Virus record (IMG/VR): IMGVR_UViG_3300021959_000049
Span: 1-56,092 of that record
Source of the DNA: a virus
Lineage: Duplodnaviria; Caudoviricetes
Length of the DNA: 56,092 bases
Strand: one strand, 5' to 3'
Under the pieces are notes generated by a model. That model did not search any database, was not told the DNA's origin, and worked only from the letters and a program-made list of their open reading frames with translations. The translations under genes and the position numbers were made by a program. This document shows, piece after piece, positions 8,728 to 15,587 of the stretch; position 1 is the first letter of the stretch, and each line of letters begins with the position of its first letter.

Positions 8728-8823
8728 TGTTCTTGAGTTCTGGTGTTCGTTAGTTCTTGACTTCTGCCCTTCGGGAGTTCTGGTGTTCGTGAGTTCTGTC
8801 ATTCGTCGGTTCTGGCGTTCGTG
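8728..8823 (+). repeat. Degenerate tandem array of 12 x 8-bp units (nnTTCnnn)
   Basis: tgttcttg agttctgg tgttcgtt agttcttg acttctgc ccttcggg agttctgg tgttcgtg agttctgt cattcgtc ggttctgg cgttcgtg. Confidence 0.85.
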
Positions 8824-8927
8824 TTCTTGCCCAGGGAAGCGAACCAACGAACCCTTGAAGGGAATCCGGTGATTGTGTTCGTCCGTTCATCGGTTCCATT
8901 TCTGCCTGACCGAACCACGGGCAGACG

Positions 8928-8957
8928 AAAGCCCCACCAGCCGAAGCCAGTGGGGCT
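8928..8957 (-). terminator. Intrinsic terminator with UUCG tetraloop
   Basis: Minus-strand RNA AGCCCCACUGGC-UUCG-GCUGGUGGGGCU-UU after the 8986 stop. Confidence 0.85.
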
Positions 8958-8985
8958 GTTCGCCCGGATCAGTTGTGGGTTGGAA

Positions 8986-9564
8986 CTAGCTCTTCAGCTC
9001 GGTGTAGAGCTTGACGAGGTTCGCCTTGCCCTTCGGCATGGCGCCTTCGTGGCCCATGGAGCGGATCGCCGCACGGAGAAGCGGCATGGACATGTTGGAC
9101 GGATCGGCCACCTGCGCGACCGCCGAATCCAACTTCGTGCCGGGGACCACTTCCACTCCGGTGCCCTGCCGTTCGGCTGCGTACAGCTCGGCGCCCTGTT
9201 CGTCGCCCCAGAACCGGCCGCCCTTTCCGGTTCGCGTGCCGACCGACTGGACGTTCGTGTAGCGCTCGAACAGCTTCCGGCAGTACGACTCGTTCAGGCA
9301 CAGGGTCGTGGCGATCTCGCCCCAGGACTGCTTCAAGTCGCGGAGTTCGGTGACCGCGACCGACTGGGTCGCTTCGGGCATTCCGCGCATGTCGTTGCAC
9401 TCGCCGTTCAGGGCCTTGATGGCCCACGTGACGAACTGCCATGCCGGGCTGTAGCTGACGCCTTCGGCCTTGTGGGCTTCGGCGAGTGGGGTTCCGTCCA
9501 GGACGGCTTCGAGGATGCTGTTCAGCGTTCCCTCGTCATATTTGGTGTTCAGGTAGAATTCCAC
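8986..9564 (-). CDS. HTH-like DNA-binding protein, paralog 1 (C-terminal Rho-N/HeH-like domain)
   Basis: GTG follows GAAAGGCAAC; LRDLKQSWGEIATTLCLNESYCRK helix-turn-helix pattern; aligns end to end with 10151-10732. Confidence 0.85.
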   Translation of the reverse strand: MEFYLNTKYDEGTLNSILEAVLDGTPLAEAHKAEGVSYSPAWQFVTWAIKALNGECNDMRGMPEATQSVAVTELRDLKQSWGEIATTLCLNESYCRKLFERYTNVQSVGTRTGKGGRFWGDEQGAELYAAERQGTGVEVVPGTKLDSAVAQVADPSNMSMPLLRAAIRSMGHEGAMPKGKANLVKLYTELKS

Positions 9565-9614
9565 TTCGTTGCCTTTCGTGTAGTGGATCAGGGGCGCACT
9601 GCGCGCCCACTGAG

Positions 9615-9643
9615 AGCCTACCAGATAGGGCACTCCGCGGCAA
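9615..9643 (-). promoter_or_regulatory. SigA-type promoter
   Basis: TTGCCG-N17-TAGGCT; shares GTGCCCTA...GGTAG with the 10908 promoter. Confidence 0.65.
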
Positions 9644-9677
9644 CTCACCGCGTTCGCCTGTTCCGGTAGGACAGCTT

Positions 9678-9867
9678 GGTTCTGCCCTTCGGGCAGTTAT
9701 GGGTTCGGGGGTTCTGTCGTTCGGTTCTGACAAAGTCGGACCCCGAAGGGCCTCCTTTCATTGGTTCCATTTCAGGGCAAGTTCTGACGGGTTGGTTCTG
9801 TCAAAACGAGCCCCGAAGGGACGTCTCCCTTCTAGGGTTCTGCCTTTCGGGGGTTCTGCCCTTCGGG
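9678..9867 (+). repeat. Second cluster of 8-bp TTC-core units
   Basis: ggttctgc ccttcggg ... ggttcggg ggttctgt cgttcggt (from 9678) and ggttctgc ctttcggg ggttctgc ccttcggg (9836-9867). Confidence 0.7.
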
Positions 9868-9900
9868 GGTGTTGGTTCTGTCATGTTCGAACCGGGGCAA

Positions 9901-9935
9901 AGAAAGACCCCGGTCGCCACTCGGACGCCGGGGTC
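9901..9935 (-). terminator. Intrinsic terminator
   Basis: Minus strand GACCCCGG...CCGGGGTC followed by TTTCT. Confidence 0.8.
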
Positions 9936-9939
9936 AGTC

Positions 9940-10053
9940 TCACTCGATGATTCCCTTCTCCTTGAGCTTCTTGCGGAGGACGCTGCTCACAAGGCTCGCC
10001 GTCAGGTAGCCGGCGACTTGGGAGGCCATCAGTTTCAGGTGGAGCTTCTTCAT
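9940..10053 (-). CDS. 37-aa basic amphipathic peptide
   Basis: MKKLHLKLMASQVAGYLTASLVSSVLRKKLKEKGIIE; preceded by CTACCATCTACGAAAGGCAAC and followed by a terminator. Confidence 0.7.
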   Translation of the reverse strand: MKKLHLKLMASQVAGYLTASLVSSVLRKKLKEKGIIE

Positions 10054-10081
10054 GAAGTTGCCTTTCGTAGATGGTAGGGGT

Positions 10082-10116
10082 AGGGACCCCGGCGATGTTG
10101 AGTCGCCGGGGTCCCT
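10082..10116 (-). terminator. GC-rich hairpin (terminator or processing site)
   Basis: Perfect 14-bp inverted repeat AGGGACCCCGGCGA/TCGCCGGGGTCCCT. Confidence 0.7.
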
Positions 10117-10150
10117 GGGGGTGAGGCTCCGGTAGCGGTGCTTCCTGGGC

Positions 10151-10732
10151 TCAGTCGGTCAGGCTCGCGTAGAGCTTGATCAGCTCGTCCTTCTTACGGG
10201 GGAGCTTGACGTCGCCGTCGGAGAGGGCTCGGATGCTCGCCTTCAGGAGCGGGATGCTCATGTTGGCGGGATCCATGATGGCGCTCTTCGCGGAGGTGAG
10301 GTTGGTTCCGGGCGTCACGCTGACTCCCGTCCCCTGTCGCTCGTTCGCGTAGAGTTCCTGACCCTCGTCGTCTCCCCAGAAGCGACCACCCTTGCCAGTC
10401 CGGGTTCCGGTGGCTTGGATGTTCGTTGCCTGCTCGTAGGCCCGCCGGACGGCGGACTCGGAGATGCAGATCGTGGTCGCGATGTCGCCCCACGATTGCC
10501 CGTCCTTGCGGAGTCGGGCGACCGTGGAGTTGATCACGTCCTGCGGGAGGCCGCGGTGATCGTCGACGTTGCCGTCGGCGACCTTCGCGCTCCAGGTGAC
10601 GAACTGCCAGGCTGGGGAGTAGCTGATCCCGATCTCCTTGCGGGCCACCTCGAGGGTGACGCCGGAGAGGACCAGCTCGTTGACCGCCTCGAGCTCGCTG
10701 AGCTCGTAGCGGGTGGACAGGTAGAATTCCAT
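10151..10732 (-). CDS. HTH-like DNA-binding protein, paralog 2
   Basis: MEFYLSTRY...SYSPAWQFVTW...QSWGDIATTICISESAVRR...GTRTGKGGRFWGD; RBS GAGGA. Confidence 0.85.
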   Translation of the reverse strand: MEFYLSTRYELSELEAVNELVLSGVTLEVARKEIGISYSPAWQFVTWSAKVADGNVDDHRGLPQDVINSTVARLRKDGQSWGDIATTICISESAVRRAYEQATNIQATGTRTGKGGRFWGDDEGQELYANERQGTGVSVTPGTNLTSAKSAIMDPANMSIPLLKASIRALSDGDVKLPRKKDELIKLYASLTD

Positions 10733-10749
10733 GATTCTATCCTCAGGTT

Positions 10750-10857
10750 GCTCCGGTGACCAGGAAGTCTGGTCAGCGGCCGAATGCGATGCACTCGGTG
10801 CCAGTGACCCGCAACTTGTGCGGGTCGCTCGCAGCGGGCGCATCGCGCCACCGGAGC
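10750..10857 (-). ncRNA. Candidate structured 5' leader RNA
   Basis: Nested stems GCTCCGGTG/CACCGGAGC, GCGATGC/GCATCGC and GACCCGCA/TGCGGGTC, plus TGACCAG/CTGGTCA, between the promoter at 10908 and the ATG at 10732. Confidence 0.5.
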
Positions 10858-10907
10858 CTCGTGTCTCTGCTGTTGTCAAGTAACCGCGCCCCCTCGGGGG
10901 TACCCCG

Positions 10908-10936
10908 AGTCTACCCCCTAGGGCACCGAAGGGCAA
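10908..10936 (-). promoter_or_regulatory. SigA-type promoter
   Basis: TTGCCC-N17-TAGACT. Confidence 0.65.
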
Positions 10937-11098
10937 CCTCCGTAACGACATCGACACACAACCGCAACATTTGACATGGGCCGACGTGCCGTCTGCCTGA
11001 TCAAGCCGAGATCTCGCCCAACTTCGCCCCCTTCTCTGCCACCGACCGCACAGGATCTCCAAGTAGCAAACAGGAACTCAGTTTGACTGCATTAGGAA

Positions 11099-11575
11099 CT
11101 AGAGCTTCTTTTCACCGAGTACCATTACACGCAAAGCGTCACGCACATGGCGCTGATCGTTACCTGCAATCCACAGGCCACGATCCTTCAATCGCTGATC
11201 GGTAACGCTACTCTTGGCGGTTCCAGCAGTGAACCTGCACCAGTGTGCTCGGTCCTCATACTCGCGGGTGTAGTACGCAACCATCTGTGCGTGGATCCAC
11301 TGTGCACTCGTTGTGGCGGAAGTCGCGCTCACGCTGCCCGCATACTGCCGGAACAGTTCTACGCTGAACAACAAGTTCATGTTGATACTGATCCTGTCGT
11401 CAATCCATTCCTGGATGTAGTCCAAACTACGGACGCAAGTTCTAGCTTGGCCTGTGGTGGAGAAGTCCTTGGGGAACAACACCGTTGCGGTGTGTACGTT
11501 CTCATCACCCTGCACCCTGAGTGCCAGTCCGGTACTGACGCCTGCGTCAACACCAATCACAGCCCACTTACTCAT
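11099..11575 (-). CDS. RuvC-like Holliday junction resolvase
   Basis: VIGVDAGVSTG (first Asp), SVELF (Glu) and HVRDA: the catalytic pattern of phage RuvC-like enzymes. Confidence 0.8.
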   Translation of the reverse strand: MSKWAVIGVDAGVSTGLALRVQGDENVHTATVLFPKDFSTTGQARTCVRSLDYIQEWIDDRISINMNLLFSVELFRQYAGSVSATSATTSAQWIHAQMVAYYTREYEDRAHWCRFTAGTAKSSVTDQRLKDRGLWIAGNDQRHVRDALRVMVLGEKKL

Positions 11576-11593
11576 AAGATCTCCTCTTCTATC

Positions 11594-11810
11594 TTACACT
11601 CAGTGTATACACAGAATCACTCTTGGGGAGAATTGCACTCCCTAACTCCACTACATTCACACAGTCTGTCGTGTATACGCTGAGTGTAGTTTACCAACTC
11701 CCGCGCGCTTACGCGGAAAATAAGACATTCTGCCTGAGCATTGGGGCGGGGGTGTGAAGGGACCGGGGGTTGTGGTACACAGTCTCCCGGGTATACGCTG
11801 AGTGTAACTT
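11594..11810. promoter_or_regulatory. Three copies of GTATACRCTGAGTGTA at the early/late divergence
   Basis: 11594-11612 (minus), 11671-11689 (plus), 11788-11810 (plus). Confidence 0.8.
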
Positions 11811-11825
11811 AGTTAGGAGAAAGTT

Positions 11826-12044
11826 ATGACATTGATCACGTTTGTTCTTGGCCTGTTCTTGGGTGTCCTCATGAAGGAGATCATCAGGATCATGGAGACA
11901 GAGTTCAAGATGTGGCACATGTATCACGAGGAGCGCCAGGAGGCGACCCAGAACAAGAAGCTCATGGACATCTGGGGTAACGCTTACAACGTGCCCGTCG
12001 AGGAAGAGCCCAGCAACATCTTCTGGGATGACGAAGATGCCTAA
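11826..12044 (+). CDS. Small membrane-anchored protein
   Basis: RBS AGGAGA; N-terminal TM helix. Confidence 0.75.
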   Translation: MTLITFVLGLFLGVLMKEIIRIMETEFKMWHMYHEERQEATQNKKLMDIWGNAYNVPVEEEPSNIFWDDEDA

Positions 12045-13053
12045 TTGGAACTGCTCAGTAATTGAGATGTTGTTCCGTAGTGGCCGGGTTGACATACCGC
12101 ATTGGGACGACGGTTGGCCCGTCGCAACCATTAGCGGAACTCACACCACTAACAGTGGTTCTTCAACAAGCACCAGAACTGCGGCCAGCAGAATGTCCAG
12201 CCCTGTCATGTGGAAAGGAGAGCGACTGAAGGTTCACAGGGTGCTTTACTTCAACATCCTGGACGACCGCCACAAGTTCAACTACCAGCAATGGTGCCAA
12301 GAGCGTGACAACGCTAAACGCATCGTTGAGCGCTACCGAGGTGCAATCCACGATTACAACCTTCAGCAGAAATACTTCGGCAGCGTCAAGCGTTTACCCA
12401 GCAGCGCTTACGGGTGGCGTAGTCGCATAGGCCCGCTGACCGGTGAGCGTGCGCTCGGTTACGTAGACGACACCGCCCGTGGCCAAGAAGAACAGTGGGT
12501 TGGCAAGAAGATCTTTGTGGTGCCCAGGCCCATGCGGCTATGCGTCAGCCAACGGGAACTTGATCTGCTCACGCCAACATCTCAGGATATGATTGATCCT
12601 AAGTCGATGTCTGTGCGCATCGCCCCGGTGCAAGACCACTTCACAAGTATGTGGCAGCCCTTTGCCAATCCAGAGTGGTCAAACCAGAAATACAATCCAA
12701 GCAACAGCATGGCCGCTCGCTACCGAGTCAAGTCGATCCGGATGTTCAAGGGAGAGCCTGATGTGGACAACCTGACGCGCATCAACAGTAACTTCCGTGG
12801 CGGCAGGCTCAAGGTGCCCAAGGTGCGTTGGTCTAGTCAGGTGCCGATGGTTCACCCTGAGATTGTTGGGCCTGCCCGCCTGCCAATGATGCACATGTAT
12901 GCCCACGGCATGAGCGACCAAGAAGTCCTCAGCGAGATGCGATCTCAGCATGGTGAACGCACAGCCTCTGGAGATTGGGTATACATGAACTCACCAGTTA
13001 GCCCAGACTGGATTCAACATCGGTCTACGATCCGAAAGGAAATGTATGGGTAG
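12037..13053 (+). CDS. Hypothetical protein
   Basis: Long ORF coupled to both neighbours; DGWP...KVHRVLY weakly recalls the N-terminus of HNH nucleases. Confidence 0.7.
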   Translation: MPNWNCSVIEMLFRSGRVDIPHWDDGWPVATISGTHTTNSGSSTSTRTAASRMSSPVMWKGERLKVHRVLYFNILDDRHKFNYQQWCQERDNAKRIVERYRGAIHDYNLQQKYFGSVKRLPSSAYGWRSRIGPLTGERALGYVDDTARGQEEQWVGKKIFVVPRPMRLCVSQRELDLLTPTSQDMIDPKSMSVRIAPVQDHFTSMWQPFANPEWSNQKYNPSNSMAARYRVKSIRMFKGEPDVDNLTRINSNFRGGRLKVPKVRWSSQVPMVHPEIVGPARLPMMHMYAHGMSDQEVLSEMRSQHGERTASGDWVYMNSPVSPDWIQHRSTIRKEMYG

Positions 13054-13612
13054 TCCACTCAACTCTCCGCTTAGTTTCTTCTTGAACCATGTAGTAGATC
13101 CAGACCGTGCTTATGCGATCTTTGCAGAGGGCGTAGATACCTGCCTGCCCAAGAACCCAGATGTTCACACTCAGGGGTATCCTGCGTTCTACATGACAAT
13201 GCAGTGGACTGAACCCAACCCGGCCTGGCAGGGCTGGCAGATTCAGACGAGTTGCATCCGCAACGAGGATTGCCAGTTCTGTGTCAATCCTTACCACTCA
13301 CGCTTGAACAAGCTAGAGCGTGCGCCGAAGTCTAGGCAGGTCTACCGGGGTAGCTGGGAAGACTGGCTCGAATGGGAATACGAAGAAGAGTACCCCGACA
13401 GGCAGGCGCTGTTCGTTGCCTGTCTTGAGGGTGACATTCCAGCATTTGCAAACGTCTACACGCTAGCTCAGTACCGGAGGCAACATGCCGAAGCCGAGGG
13501 ACCGACGGGAATCCTCTACAAACCAAGAACAGCAAACCAAGCCTTTAGGCGTTGGGAAGGCAAGCAAGTCTCCCAAACCTACGGCACGGGAAGTGGTGAA
13601 ACTGAGCGATGA
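13046..13612 (+). CDS. Hypothetical protein, possibly a degenerate HNH-type nuclease
   Basis: C...QGYP...C...CQFCVNPYH resembles the HNH Zn-loop C-x-N-P-x-H; RBS AAGGA. Confidence 0.6.
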   Translation: MGSPLNSPLSFFLNHVVDPDRAYAIFAEGVDTCLPKNPDVHTQGYPAFYMTMQWTEPNPAWQGWQIQTSCIRNEDCQFCVNPYHSRLNKLERAPKSRQVYRGSWEDWLEWEYEEEYPDRQALFVACLEGDIPAFANVYTLAQYRRQHAEAEGPTGILYKPRTANQAFRRWEGKQVSQTYGTGSGETER

Positions 13613-14318
13613 AGAACGATTCGAATATCAACTGCCAGAGCATTTGCTTAACCGACCACTACTGCCACCTGAACAACGCTGCGAAGGTACTAGCAGATAT
13701 GGCACACAGTGCAGAAAACCGAAAGGCTATGGAACAGCTAATCCAGGCGTTGGATTCTGCAAGTATCACAGCGGAACCAGACAGGCCCACGTCGACAAAC
13801 TCTTCAGGGAATACATTGTGAGCACATACGGAGACCCAGTAGATATCGACCCGCAGGAAGCCTTGCTGCTGGAAGTGCAGCGCACGGCTGGACACGTAGA
13901 GTGGATGCGCCAACTCATCAACAGCTTTGGCGAAGCAGCCGAGAGTCGTGAAGAGCCTGGCGGTAGTGAGAACGCATTGGCGCAGTGGAGCCCTACCCTC
14001 GGACTTGCCCCGAGTGTCTGGTTGCAGATCTACCAAGAAGAGCGCAAGCATTTGGTTCGAGCTAGCCAGGCTGCCATCAGTGCAGGTGTGAGCGAGCGTC
14101 GTGTGCGCGTCATGGAAGAGCAGGCCCGCCAGATGGCCATGATCTTCAAGGCATTCCTGATGCACAATGAGATGAACTTCACTCCGGCTCAGCGCTTGGT
14201 AGCACCGAAGATCATTCGTGAACTTATCCAGACTGACGCACTTGAACTTGAGGCGCGCACTACCGCAGGCAACATGTTCGAAGGCATTGAGGTAACCGGT
14301 GAAGAGCTTGACGGATGA
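13596..14318 (+). CDS. Terminase small subunit (start uncertain)
   Basis: RCEGTSRYGTQC...CKYHSG Zn motif (HGGxSTG-like) followed by a helical domain; lies upstream of TerL. Confidence 0.7.
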   Translation: MKLSDEERFEYQLPEHLLNRPLLPPEQRCEGTSRYGTQCRKPKGYGTANPGVGFCKYHSGTRQAHVDKLFREYIVSTYGDPVDIDPQEALLLEVQRTAGHVEWMRQLINSFGEAAESREEPGGSENALAQWSPTLGLAPSVWLQIYQEERKHLVRASQAAISAGVSERRVRVMEEQARQMAMIFKAFLMHNEMNFTPAQRLVAPKIIRELIQTDALELEARTTAGNMFEGIEVTGEELDG

Positions 14319-14331
14319 GGTAGCCTGTGGC

Positions 14332-14526
14332 ATGGCAGACGCACAGAATCACACTTGGCAGCAGGAACTCTTTGAGCATGACGGGCACCCAGACGACTTT
14401 GACAGGGATCTAGAGAGTGATGAGCCGATTGCTCTCAGCGATGAAGAAGTTAGCTACGCTTTGGTTGACAAACTTAAGGCTCGTCGACACGCAGAGTTCG
14501 TACAGCTCGTACTCGGAGAAACTTGA
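14332..14526 (+). CDS. Small acidic hypothetical protein
   Basis: Fills the gap between TerS and the amidase; RBS-like GAGG upstream. Confidence 0.55.
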   Translation: MADAQNHTWQQELFEHDGHPDDFDRDLESDEPIALSDEEVSYALVDKLKARRHAEFVQLVLGET

Positions 14527-14527
14527 T

Positions 14528-15586
14528 ATGCCTGGTGAGCACAGCATCACTATTCAGCGGGGGCACTGCTTTCGTAAGCGCGGCAGCACCGGCACCGTTC
14601 GTGAGCAAGAGTTCACCAACGCTCTGGGCGTCTCGCTGACGAACAAGCTCCGCGATATTGGCTGGGAAGTTCACTTGGTAGATGCTGACCCGCCAGGACG
14701 CAAGTACCCAAACACAAAGTTCTTCCTGGCACTTCATGCTGATGGCAGCAGTAACAAGAGCGCCCGTGGTGCTAGCTTCTTCTACCCGCCCCGTGACACC
14801 GACGTCACTCCGCAGTGGGGTCAGGCTTGGCAAGCGGCACATCAGAAGATCGCCGGATACCCTGGCGGCTTCCGCAGGCCCAACTACGTAAGCTCTGTTA
14901 GCACAGGGTTCTACGCTTGGCGTGATAGCCGAGTCAAGGCAGGCATCGCTACACCCGCAGAGATATGTATGCTTTGCGAACACTACTTTGCAACCAACCC
15001 CGAAGATGCCGCCTGGGCCTGGAGCCTAGGAACCATTGACAAGATGGCCGATGCTCACGTGGCAGCTTTGCTAGCTGTTGCTGGGGCACCGGAACAACAA
15101 TCCAAACCAGCACCGAAACAGGCCGGAGACACCATGCTTTTCGAATGCACTTCTAACGGCAACAAGCACGCTTGGCTCAGCTACGCAGGTTGCTTCCGCT
15201 ACATCACGCAGGCTTCGGTCAAGCTGTGGTCTGACCACATCACCGTTGTTCCGTGCAACGTCGCTCAGATCCGAGCACTCCGGGCAACTGCCGATGCTGC
15301 CGGTGGGTTGCAAGACTCGGGGGTTGAGGTCAAAGACTTTGACGACAAGTTCTGGGAGGTGCCTTACCGTGAGCGGCCCGTTGGTCAGAACTGCAAGTGC
15401 GACCCGGTTGTTCAATGCCGAGGCACCACCGAGGTTGCCAAAGTAACCGAGGGCATTAACAACGTGATCCGCAAGCTCAACGAGCTGACAGCAAAGGTCG
15501 AAGACTCAGGCAAGGGTGGCATCAGCAGTCAGGAGCTGTCTGCAATCCTGCTCGGGTTGTCTGAGGAAGTAGCTGCCTGGGAGTAG
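14528..15586 (+). CDS. Endolysin, N-acetylmuramoyl-L-alanine amidase (Amidase_3 type) with C-terminal extension
   Basis: IQRGH, REQE, FLALHAD, ARGASFFY and MLCEHYF Zn-amidase motifs. Confidence 0.85.
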   Translation: MPGEHSITIQRGHCFRKRGSTGTVREQEFTNALGVSLTNKLRDIGWEVHLVDADPPGRKYPNTKFFLALHADGSSNKSARGASFFYPPRDTDVTPQWGQAWQAAHQKIAGYPGGFRRPNYVSSVSTGFYAWRDSRVKAGIATPAEICMLCEHYFATNPEDAAWAWSLGTIDKMADAHVAALLAVAGAPEQQSKPAPKQAGDTMLFECTSNGNKHAWLSYAGCFRYITQASVKLWSDHITVVPCNVAQIRALRATADAAGGLQDSGVEVKDFDDKFWEVPYRERPVGQNCKCDPVVQCRGTTEVAKVTEGINNVIRKLNELTAKVEDSGKGGISSQELSAILLGLSEEVAAWE

Positions 15587-15587
15587 C

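Noticed and set aside
8728-8823. Repeat array as a CRISPR or mini-CRISPR
   Set aside because: Units are 8 bp with no spacers. The Cas4-like gene sits in a standard phage recombination module with Sak4 and SSB.
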